Source: a virus. Taken from it: a stretch of DNA of 64,000 bases. The notes beneath the pieces are model-generated. The model had not been told where the DNA came from. It did not search any database and saw only the letters and a list, made by a program, of their open reading frames with translations. The stretch is taken from positions 96,001 to 160,000 of the IMG/VR virus record IMGVR_UViG_3300042868_010004; one strand, given 5' to 3'. The position numbers and the translations under genes are program-made. This document shows, piece after piece, positions 46,197 to 54,543 of the stretch. How positions within the stretch are numbered: position 1 is the first letter of the stretch; every line of letters starts with the position of its first letter.

Positions 46197-46278
46197 ACTA
46201 CACCAGTTTACACCAAATCATTCAAGCGGAGAAAAATTATCTTGCTGTTCCTCGAAAATTTAGAAAAATCCCACGTAA

Positions 46279-47190
46279 ATGAATAAGATTGATTTGGAAA
46301 AATTAGAAAACAAAGTAACCCAATCGGACGGTTCTTGGGTTTGTTTTTGTCCTGCGTGTGGAGAAGAGGGGCGTAATTTACGGTCTAAGAATCACTTGCG
46401 CGTTTGGCCCGACTTGCGTTTCAATTGTGTCGTTAGCACGGGGGACCGCCAGCACAACTCAAGAATTCTCCAATTAGTCGGAACCGAATCGGACGGAATA
46501 CTGACTCATTATACCGCCCGAACTGAAGAGCCCAAAATTAAACAACCCGCGACTTGGCCGCTATCCATTCTCGACAAGCTGATTTTTGATTATTCCTATT
46601 TCGAATCCCGAGGAATCAGTGCGGAGACTCAAAAGCATTTCCGAATGGGCGTGGCGAGCAGTGGGCAGTTGAATGGCCGGGCGATTCTCCCTATTTTATC
46701 CCCGCAGAAAGATAAAATTATCGGGTTCACGGGCCGACTCATAAATTATACTAAATGGCACAAGGAAAACAAGATACCCAAATGGAAACATCTCAATCCG
46801 TCCGGCAGTTTCCTGCTTGTTGGTGATGAATTTTCTATTCGCGAATCCCGAACAATCCTCATAACGGAAGGCCCAGCAGACATTCTAGCACTATATGAAG
46901 CCGGAATACGGAATACAATCTGCTTATTCGGAACGACAATCAGTTCAAAGCAACTTGGTTTTCTAATTAAGAGCAATCCATTAAAAATTGTAATTGGATT
47001 GAATAACGAACCCGGAAATAAAAATATTGGCGGGATCGCTGCCGAAAAGCTCCGGAAGACTCTTTTGAATTATTTCTCGGAAGAAAGGATAATTATTGCG
47101 CTCCCGAAGGCTAAGGACTACAATGACTGGCTTTTGGAAAAAAATGGAAAATCAGAGCTTGACGAATACCGAAAAACATGGCTTCCTTGA
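46279..47190 (+). CDS. dnaG: DNA primase (Zn-binding domain + TOPRIM)
   Basis: CFCPAC..H..C, YFESRGIS, IIGFTGR, ITEGPADILAL, GLNNE. Confidence 0.8.
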   Translation: MNKIDLEKLENKVTQSDGSWVCFCPACGEEGRNLRSKNHLRVWPDLRFNCVVSTGDRQHNSRILQLVGTESDGILTHYTARTEEPKIKQPATWPLSILDKLIFDYSYFESRGISAETQKHFRMGVASSGQLNGRAILPILSPQKDKIIGFTGRLINYTKWHKENKIPKWKHLNPSGSFLLVGDEFSIRESRTILITEGPADILALYEAGIRNTICLFGTTISSKQLGFLIKSNPLKIVIGLNNEPGNKNIGGIAAEKLRKTLLNYFSEERIIIALPKAKDYNDWLLEKNGKSELDEYRKTWLP

Positions 47191-47194
47191 TTGT

Positions 47195-47458
47195 ATGGAA
47201 AACGAACACCAGCCCAACATCCCAATTCTGAAAACCCACGTCTATTTTCAGAACCGCGTCTTCTTCGTTTCAACGATTGAACGAACATACGATACCTACG
47301 CAGGCTCCTCTCGGGGAAATGAGACTATGGCATGGGAGGTCGATCCTAAGACTCTGGCCAGAGGGGCTTGGTTGTATCAAGGCGGCGGGCCGAATGACCA
47401 TTTTGATGTTTGCCGACAATTGGTTCTAAGTGGGGAAATTAAGGAAAAGGATGAATAA
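47195..47458 (+). CDS. Hypothetical protein
   Basis: Operon packing. Confidence 0.55.
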   Translation: MENEHQPNIPILKTHVYFQNRVFFVSTIERTYDTYAGSSRGNETMAWEVDPKTLARGAWLYQGGGPNDHFDVCRQLVLSGEIKEKDE

Positions 47459-47633
47459 AGAAATAGAACTTTTCCCCGGACAGAAAGACAAGACAAAACC
47501 TCTGTTCAAAACAAAAAAAGAATATCGGGAGTGGTGTGATCATTTTTGTGAAAAAGTCGCCCCGCAATTAGAAGAACTGAGAATTAAAAGAATGAAATCC
47601 GAGCGGGAATCACTAATCAGAATTGTAGATTGA
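47451..47633 (+). CDS. Hypothetical protein
   Basis: Operon packing. Confidence 0.5.
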   Translation: MNKEIELFPGQKDKTKPLFKTKKEYREWCDHFCEKVAPQLEELRIKRMKSERESLIRIVD

Positions 47634-48094
47634 AAATAAAACCAACAGATATGATCGACCAAATACCAGAATCAATTCGGAAAATTATTAAGAATCTGAG
47701 GGGACAGGACGGCAGATGCACGAATTTACCGATCTTCTGCGTTCAGAAGAAAGAGCGGACTTACGGATTTGATCCCCATTGGTCCGACGAGTTCATTTGG
47801 ATGGACAGAAGTGAAGAGGTATATGATGAAGACTTGCTTGCCGTTCTAAATAAAAAAGACGAAATGCATGACGATATTGACTACCGATTTTACAAATGCT
47901 ATTACCGGGACACTTGGCTTTCCGTCCAACCATTCCTAACCGAAGTCGGCGCGCAAGCATACATTGACTGCAATGCACACAATCTTGGCGGGAAGGAGAA
48001 CTGTCGGATCTATGTTGAGTCCGGCTGGCGGAATGCTGAATGGCAAGAAATTCGATCTTTCCTCTTGACTCTGGACGCTAAAGCAACAGACTGA
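47630..48094 (+). CDS. Conserved phage protein (Ead/Ea22-like C-terminal pattern)
   Basis: T..PIFCVQ, FLTEVGAQAYI..N.HNL, IYVESG.RN.EW..IR. Confidence 0.6.
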   Translation: MKIKPTDMIDQIPESIRKIIKNLRGQDGRCTNLPIFCVQKKERTYGFDPHWSDEFIWMDRSEEVYDEDLLAVLNKKDEMHDDIDYRFYKCYYRDTWLSVQPFLTEVGAQAYIDCNAHNLGGKENCRIYVESGWRNAEWQEIRSFLLTLDAKATD

Positions 48095-48113
48095 ACTCGC
48101 ATAAACCCTCATT

Positions 48114-48449
48114 ATGAAAACCTCCTACCAACCCACCCTTGAACTAACCCCCGAACAGAAAACCGCAATTCGTTTGCGTTATCCCAAGGTCGATCTTGAT
48201 GAAATACCTTATGTCGGAACTCTGAGGTCTCTGGATTGCTCGTTCGATCACGAATTCGGCACGCAGAAAAAGATTGAGTTTGCCATTGATTGGTTGGAAG
48301 TAGGATTTGACACTCTGGAGGGCATTAATCCACATACGCATTTCACTCTGATTGATCGTTCGGTGGAGTTGAGTCAAGCCTTGTTTGTCTTAACGGAGAG
48401 CCAGAAGGAATTGGTGATTCGGAACCTAATGTTGACGACCGTTGATTAA
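48114..48449 (+). CDS. Hypothetical protein
   Basis: Operon packing. Confidence 0.55.
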   Translation: MKTSYQPTLELTPEQKTAIRLRYPKVDLDEIPYVGTLRSLDCSFDHEFGTQKKIEFAIDWLEVGFDTLEGINPHTHFTLIDRSVELSQALFVLTESQKELVIRNLMLTTVD

Positions 48450-48453
48450 ATTT

Positions 48454-48702
48454 ATGACAAAAAGTGACCTATGGGCGGAAATTAGTAAGAAGAATCCGGG
48501 TTTTAACTCCGAGGGGAATGTAACGCTGAGTGCAAAAGGTTTGCGGAAGATGTTTGATCTAGCCTATGGCAAGGGATTCGATCAAGGGAAAGCTGTCTCG
48601 GCGGCTTTGAACGATCTTGCAAAAAGCGCAAACGGATTTGACGCAGGCGGAATGAATGAAATGAATGCTTTCAAGGATATTTTCGGAGGGCTCGGAAAAT
48701 GA
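48454..48702 (+). CDS. Hypothetical protein
   Basis: Operon packing. Confidence 0.55.
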   Translation: MTKSDLWAEISKKNPGFNSEGNVTLSAKGLRKMFDLAYGKGFDQGKAVSAALNDLAKSANGFDAGGMNEMNAFKDIFGGLGK

Positions 48703-48905
48703 TTAAAGTTCAACAAGAGGGCTGCCCAGTTTACTTCAAGCAAACCGATGACGGGGTTTTGGTTTCGGCCCATACTGATTTGGGCGAATTTTATACTTCG
48801 ATTCATCTGTATAACTGGTCCCCTGCCGAACTCCGATATGTCGCGGAGGCATTAGAAGAAGCACGGGCGAATGGCGGGCGACTCATAATGGAAATTAAAT
48901 CTTAA
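48699..48905 (+). CDS. Hypothetical protein
   Basis: ATGA overlap. Confidence 0.55.
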   Translation: MIKVQQEGCPVYFKQTDDGVLVSAHTDLGEFYTSIHLYNWSPAELRYVAEALEEARANGGRLIMEIKS

Positions 48906-48911
48906 AAAATC

Positions 48912-49253
48912 ATGAAAGAACAAATTAAATATCCAATTACAGTTTATTCGGTCGATGAGACTCATTCTTACGGGGCCGACAAGCGGGGCGCGATATCGTC
49001 CATAGTCTTTGAATCAGAACCGGATAATTCAAAAAATCACCATTTTGATAGTCTTTATCATCGAATTAATGGTGATTATTTTTATGAGTGCTATTCTTAT
49101 TATGACGGTATGACAGAAACGAAGTATTATCTCAATCCGAACAAGGCAAAGGCTCGGGCCAAAGAATTGACTGAAAAGGCATTGGCGGCGGCTAGGGAAT
49201 GTGTGGAGAAACTTGAGAAACAATTAAAAGACATTGGGGGGTTTGGGGGATGA
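48912..49253 (+). CDS. Hypothetical protein
   Basis: Operon packing. Confidence 0.55.
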   Translation: MKEQIKYPITVYSVDETHSYGADKRGAISSIVFESEPDNSKNHHFDSLYHRINGDYFYECYSYYDGMTETKYYLNPNKAKARAKELTEKALAAARECVEKLEKQLKDIGGFGG

Positions 49254-49561
49254 ATAAGCAGAAAAACAAAATTCGGTCAGTCTTCTTTGTTGAGATCCGC
49301 CGACGAACAAAAAACGGTTCCGAGAATGAGTGTTTGCGACAGAATTTCGGCGGGTTTTCAACCATTCGGAAGGCCCAAAAATACATTCAGAAGGAAGGGC
49401 GGCAGATTGTTCGGGATTTTGCTCGCGGACATGCAAGAAAGGATTTGTTCTTTGCGGTTCTCCGCATGGAGGTTGATTGTCCCGGCTGGGAGTGGCCGAT
49501 GGCGGAAATTGCTCTTGACCTGAACGGGAAAGAAACTTATTGGTTTCGGGCTAAAAAATGA
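49250..49561 (+). CDS. Hypothetical protein
   Basis: ATGA overlaps. Confidence 0.55.
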   Translation: MNKQKNKIRSVFFVEIRRRTKNGSENECLRQNFGGFSTIRKAQKYIQKEGRQIVRDFARGHARKDLFFAVLRMEVDCPGWEWPMAEIALDLNGKETYWFRAKK

Positions 49562-49848
49562 AAAAACAAAATAAATCTATCCGTTCATCCAATTGGGCTC
49601 GCCGACTGAAAAGAAGTCTCGGGCAAGGATCGGCGTATGAGGAAGGAATACAGATTGCGGAAAAGCTGCTTTCGGGCGAAATTCCGTCCGTCTTCCTGAA
49701 TCATAATGATGAGAATGGCGAATGGATGTGGTCAATTCAGCCTTTTGTTACTTTTGGGAATTTGGGAGAGTATTGGTTGGATGCCAAGAAAACCAAGAAA
49801 GAGGCCGAGCAGGTTTGCCGGGAGATGGGGTGGAAGATCAAAAAATGA
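49558..49848 (+). CDS. Hypothetical protein
   Basis: ATGA overlaps. Confidence 0.55.
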   Translation: MKKQNKSIRSSNWARRLKRSLGQGSAYEEGIQIAEKLLSGEIPSVFLNHNDENGEWMWSIQPFVTFGNLGEYWLDAKKTKKEAEQVCREMGWKIKK

Positions 49849-50222
49849 AATCTGAACAATATTTCTCTATAAAAGAAGGCGACGTAGTAACATTTGATGT
49901 TTTAACTTGGGATGAGGGTTATGAATTTGGAGCGCCATGCCTAATGCTCTCACCGGTTATCCGAGAAAACAGCGATTCCCATGCGGAAGCAATGATTGAG
50001 GACATTTGCATTGATTTAGTCTGTCAAGACAAGATCGTCCAGAATAACGAATCCGATCAAATTGAATGGCGCGGTTGGAATCTCAAATATCTCAGGTGGA
50101 AATTTAACGAGGCTTTAGCCGGGAAGAAGTTCCCCAAAATGAATTATCAGGCGACCCGGAAAAAAGTTAAGTTTATCAAAGATAAAAGGGGAGAATTGAT
50201 TTGGGAGGATATCTCGGAATGA
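49845..50222 (+). CDS. Hypothetical protein
   Basis: ATGA overlaps. Confidence 0.55.
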   Translation: MKSEQYFSIKEGDVVTFDVLTWDEGYEFGAPCLMLSPVIRENSDSHAEAMIEDICIDLVCQDKIVQNNESDQIEWRGWNLKYLRWKFNEALAGKKFPKMNYQATRKKVKFIKDKRGELIWEDISE

Positions 50223-50854
50223 AAAACGGAAGAAAACAAAATAAGACCATGACAGATAAGGAGCGGATTTTTGCCAATATCATCAATCAGCTATCATTCA
50301 CCCAAATGCTCTGTCATGGTGGTGATGGCTACCGTTCTGAAACCTATCGGGACGGGCGGGGTCGAGAGTATGTCCATTTCGCCAATTCCGAAAAGCCAGT
50401 TGTTGGCGATTTGGTTCTGGCCAAGACAGGTTTTGTCTCTGAATGGAAAATCGGTTTCTATCACCAAGAGCTGTGTGATGGTGCGGTCATCCGAGAGATT
50501 GGAACGGGCCGACTCTGTAATTATACAAATGAGAGTTTCGTCCCGATTCGCGGGATGAGCAGAATTGATTTGCTGGAAGGCGAGGAATATCAATTCTATC
50601 GGAGGGTGCTGTTGGCGTTTGGCAAGGGTCGGGAATACAATTATAGATTCTCAAATATTGTTTTCCATGAGGGCGGCTTGGTTAGCGTTTTCGTTCGGGA
50701 AGCGTTTGGTGGATTCCGGAGAGATTGCGAATCTATTCCGTTTGAAATCAAGTTTGAGTGGAATAAAAAGATGACCGTTAAGAGAATTTTGGAGGTTCTG
50801 AGAGAGGGCGGGTATGGGACGAAAGAGTTTGAGACGAAGGAGATTGAAAAATGA
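50219..50854 (+). CDS. Hypothetical protein
   Basis: ATGA overlaps; IREIG..RLC pattern. Confidence 0.6.
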   Translation: MKNGRKQNKTMTDKERIFANIINQLSFTQMLCHGGDGYRSETYRDGRGREYVHFANSEKPVVGDLVLAKTGFVSEWKIGFYHQELCDGAVIREIGTGRLCNYTNESFVPIRGMSRIDLLEGEEYQFYRRVLLAFGKGREYNYRFSNIVFHEGGLVSVFVREAFGGFRRDCESIPFEIKFEWNKKMTVKRILEVLREGGYGTKEFETKEIEK

Positions 50855-51132
50855 AAGAAGAATACCGACTAGCCTATTTTGAATTAAAGAAAATCCTTGA
50901 AAATCCACTATCCACGGAAGAAGAATCTGATTTTGCTCAGGAAGCCATGGACAGATATTATAATACCTTTGACGGGTGGAAGTCGGCAGGGAGCTGTATC
51001 CAGAAGGGGGAGAAGGCAATTAAAGATGGCAACAGAGCCATTTTTCATTCCTCCCAGTTAAAACCGAATGATGGACAGTTGGAATACTGCATGAGGGATG
51101 AACTACTTGGGACTAATCATTTTGGAATTTAA
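50851..51132 (+). CDS. Hypothetical protein
   Basis: ATGA overlap. Confidence 0.55.
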   Translation: MKEEYRLAYFELKKILENPLSTEEESDFAQEAMDRYYNTFDGWKSAGSCIQKGEKAIKDGNRAIFHSSQLKPNDGQLEYCMRDELLGTNHFGI

Positions 51133-51141
51133 TGCAATTTT

Positions 51142-51354
51142 ATGAAATTAACCGTATCAACAATAGTCGATCAGCGAACCGGACAAGACCAATACCAGTC
51201 CATTCAATACTCGAAAGTCATTGACGGCGGGGAAACAATTTACAAGATGCTGTGTTGGGCAACGAATGTCCATAAAAAGCACAGTATACACAAGCTGCCT
51301 GATGATTGGCTCGCCGACATTTGGGATATTCGGATTGGGAAGGTGGAGGATTGA
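51142..51354 (+). CDS. Hypothetical protein
   Basis: Operon packing. Confidence 0.5.
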   Translation: MKLTVSTIVDQRTGQDQYQSIQYSKVIDGGETIYKMLCWATNVHKKHSIHKLPDDWLADIWDIRIGKVED

Positions 51355-51377
51355 GTGGGGACTGAAAACTTAATTAA

Positions 51378-52151
51378 ATGATTGATAATAAAAATATTAC
51401 AGCGATATGGTATTCTGATTCATCTCAACGCGCGATTAATGTGTGGTGGCCCGAGAAGGATTGCGCGCCTGATGGACCTCAGTCAATTGTCAGTCTGGCG
51501 AAAAAGGCAGGACTTAAGGAGGTGTATTTTGTGTCAACCCGTTTTTACGATATGATTGCGGCTTGGAAACTCTGCGAGGAGAACGACTTACAGTTGATTT
51601 TCGGGCTTGAAATGTGGGTGTGTAGCAATCCAGAAGACCATACCGAGGCGTCTATTGCGGACGAGTCCAAGGTAATTGTTTTTATGCGGAATGGTGACGG
51701 ATATAAAGACCTGATAAAATTGTATTCTAAAGTTTATACGAACATAAAGAATAAATATTATAAATTCAGGGGCTCTTATAATATTCTGAAAGAGCACTGG
51801 ACCGATAATCTTTTATTGTCCGTTCCATTCTTCGATTCGTTTCTGGCGAGGAATACTCTGAATTTCGGCAGTGCGATTGTTCCCGATTTTCCAACCCGCC
51901 CGATTTTCATGCAGGAGGTTAATTCTGGTCTTCCGTTTGAACCCCTTATTAATGAAGCTCTTATGAATTTTACAAAGGGGGAATACGAAATTATGAAAAC
52001 TAAGACGATTTACTATCCGGATTATTCTGATAGTAAGGCATGGACGGTATTTAGAACCATTAAGGAGCGCAGTAGCTTTAATAAGCCCCAACTTGATTAT
52101 TGCTGTTCAGAGAACTTTTGCCTGTCTGACTATTTGGAGGTAGCAAAATGA
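51378..52151 (+). CDS. Stand-alone PHP domain of DNA polymerase III alpha (metal ligands degenerate)
   Basis: AKKAGLK, LIFGLEM, IVFMRNGDGYKDLIKLYS, KTIYY. Confidence 0.75.
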   Translation: MIDNKNITAIWYSDSSQRAINVWWPEKDCAPDGPQSIVSLAKKAGLKEVYFVSTRFYDMIAAWKLCEENDLQLIFGLEMWVCSNPEDHTEASIADESKVIVFMRNGDGYKDLIKLYSKVYTNIKNKYYKFRGSYNILKEHWTDNLLLSVPFFDSFLARNTLNFGSAIVPDFPTRPIFMQEVNSGLPFEPLINEALMNFTKGEYEIMKTKTIYYPDYSDSKAWTVFRTIKERSSFNKPQLDYCCSENFCLSDYLEVAK

Positions 52152-52804
52152 TAGGATCAGACTTGCTTCGATATAAGAAAGATCAGCTTTTTGTATGCCC
52201 CGACATGGAGGCTAGTGGACTTAACCTTATTCATACGCTGCCATTTCAAATTGGTTATGTTACTTTTACTTTAGAAAAAAATCTAACCAAGCAGAGTCGT
52301 TATATTTGGTGGCCGCAGTTACGTATGAGTGCGGACGCTGCTCGAATTACCCGATTTGATTATAATTTTTATAAAGAAAGGGCAGAAGACCCGAAGAAAG
52401 TATTGGAAGAGTTTGAAGATATTCTCTACTCAAAATCTTATAAGTGTGTATCCCAGAACTGGTTAGGGTATGATTCCATGATTGTTAATGCTTGGCGGCG
52501 GGCACTCGGATTAAAACCCCGATACGATTACCTCTACCAACCCTTTAAAGTTTACGATACTTTATGTTTGTCGCGGGCGATTAAAAAGGGTATTAAACCT
52601 GACGCAAGTTCTTCAAATGCTTTTCTGGCATGGAGTTACAAAATGCAGAGTATACATCAGAAGGGTTTAAAATGTTCTCTAGGGGCCATGGGCAAAGAGT
52701 TGGGGGTAGAATTTGATGCTGGGAATCTGCACGAGGCACTATCCGATGTTTTATTGAATGTTGAGGTTTTCAGAAAGCAGATCTGGCAGTTGGAATTGGT
52801 TTGA
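52148..52804 (+). CDS. DEDDh 3'-5' exonuclease (Pol III epsilon-like)
   Basis: DMEASGL, NWLGYD, DTL, LHEALSDV. Confidence 0.8.
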   Translation: MIGSDLLRYKKDQLFVCPDMEASGLNLIHTLPFQIGYVTFTLEKNLTKQSRYIWWPQLRMSADAARITRFDYNFYKERAEDPKKVLEEFEDILYSKSYKCVSQNWLGYDSMIVNAWRRALGLKPRYDYLYQPFKVYDTLCLSRAIKKGIKPDASSSNAFLAWSYKMQSIHQKGLKCSLGAMGKELGVEFDAGNLHEALSDVLLNVEVFRKQIWQLELV

Positions 52805-52866
52805 CAAGATAAAGGAAATCGGTTAATAAGTAGAATCATAAAATTATAAAGATGGAGAATATTTAG

Positions 52867-54543
52867 ATGAGTGATATTTGGGATGGGGTTGAAATAAGTG
52901 TCAAGCAGGACGTTTCATCAGGAAGAGGTTCTTCTTGGTCTAAAGAAGATGAGAAATTCCTAAGAGATAACCATGATCTTCTTGGTAGAAAAGAATGCGC
53001 CAAAAAACTAGGGAGAACATTTTCGGCAGTTTGCTGTAAAGCTAAAAAGATGGGGTTAAACGTTGATACGAAAATAGATCAAGGGATTGTAGATTTTCTA
53101 AAAGAGAATTATTCCAAATTAGGTCCAGCTAAATGTGCCGAAATCTTGGGAATGCCTAAAAATAAAGTATATTCAATTGCTACATCCAGAAAAATACATG
53201 GTGGAAGAAACTTTGAATGGCATGACTATGAAATTCAATATTTGAAAGACAACGTTTATAAAAAGAGTCTATATGAGATATCTTCCTTCTTACAAAGAAC
53301 ACAAAGTAGTATAAAAAATAAACTTCACAAATTAGATATTTTAGAGGATAGAAAATGGAAAGATGAAGAAAATATTTTATTTAAAGAAATTTATAGTAAA
53401 AAAACTCTAGATGAATTGGTTGATATCTTTAAAAGGACAAAATCCTCCTTACAGGGTCATGCATTCAAATTAGGAATTACTGATAAGAATAAAAATTGGT
53501 CTGATGAGGATGATTCGTTACTTAAAAAAATTTACCCAACTAAAGAAACTGGTTTTTGTGCAATTTTACTAAAAACAACACAAAGAGCAGTTGCTTCTAG
53601 AGCGTTTACACTAGGATTAGAAAAAGGTAAAATTGTTTACGAGCAGGATGATATGAAATCATGCTCAAAATGTAAACAATATATACCAATTAATAGCTAT
53701 TTATTCCAAAATTCTAAGAATTTATATTCAGCGGCCTGCAAAGAATGTCAAAATAAAAAAGCTAAAAATAGGGGAATTACTTTCCCCCCAGAACAAGAGA
53801 CAGAAATAAAAAGATTATTCTCTCTGGGTATGGGATCACCCGAAATCGCCGAAACGACAAAATTTAGTGGTAGATCTAAAATATCTCAGTTTTTAAAACA
53901 AAATGGACTCAGAAGGACATCGGCTTTTCGCTTCAAACAGAAATTTAAAGACAGAGTTGGTAAAAAATTTAATTTGTTAACCGTTTTAGACAGACATGTT
54001 GATGATAAGGGAAGGACTTCGTATACTTGTTTATGCGATTGCGGGAACACAGCAGTGATCAAAGGAGACGGCGTTTTCTCTGGAAAAACCAGAAGTTGTG
54101 GTTGTCTTTTATCCAGAAAGGGTATTGATAACCCGAACTGGGGAGGTGCCGGGGAGATATCGGGTCAAGTATTTTCTTCAATTAGGGGTGGTGCGGCATC
54201 TAGAAATTTAGAATTTAATATAAGTGTCGAATATATTTGGGATTTATTTCTAAAACAAAATAGAAAATGTGCCATCTCTGGATTAGATTTATGTTTCGCT
54301 ATAAATGACCAAGAAAAAACAGCCTCATTAGATAGAATTGATTCTAACCTTGGATATACCCAACAAAATATTCAATGGGTTCATAAATATGTGAATTTTC
54401 TCAAACGCGAAATACACGATATTGATTTTTTTACTATTGTAAAACATGTTTATGAGTTTAAAAAATTGAATGAATATAGCCCAAGCGATTTATTAGAAGC
54501 GTTTAAACAAAGCCCCTATTTTTCTAGATTTAATAATGAATAA
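52867..54543 (+). CDS. Large HNH-like homing endonuclease with Myb-like Trp repeats and Cys-rich modules
   Basis: WSKEDE/WHDYE/WKDEE/WSDEDD repeats, CSKC..CKEC, CLCDCGN..SCGC, KQNRKCAISG, SLDRIDSNLGY..NIQWV..N. Confidence 0.8.
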   Translation: MSDIWDGVEISVKQDVSSGRGSSWSKEDEKFLRDNHDLLGRKECAKKLGRTFSAVCCKAKKMGLNVDTKIDQGIVDFLKENYSKLGPAKCAEILGMPKNKVYSIATSRKIHGGRNFEWHDYEIQYLKDNVYKKSLYEISSFLQRTQSSIKNKLHKLDILEDRKWKDEENILFKEIYSKKTLDELVDIFKRTKSSLQGHAFKLGITDKNKNWSDEDDSLLKKIYPTKETGFCAILLKTTQRAVASRAFTLGLEKGKIVYEQDDMKSCSKCKQYIPINSYLFQNSKNLYSAACKECQNKKAKNRGITFPPEQETEIKRLFSLGMGSPEIAETTKFSGRSKISQFLKQNGLRRTSAFRFKQKFKDRVGKKFNLLTVLDRHVDDKGRTSYTCLCDCGNTAVIKGDGVFSGKTRSCGCLLSRKGIDNPNWGGAGEISGQVFSSIRGGAASRNLEFNISVEYIWDLFLKQNRKCAISGLDLCFAINDQEKTASLDRIDSNLGYTQQNIQWVHKYVNFLKREIHDIDFFTIVKHVYEFKKLNEYSPSDLLEAFKQSPYFSRFNNE

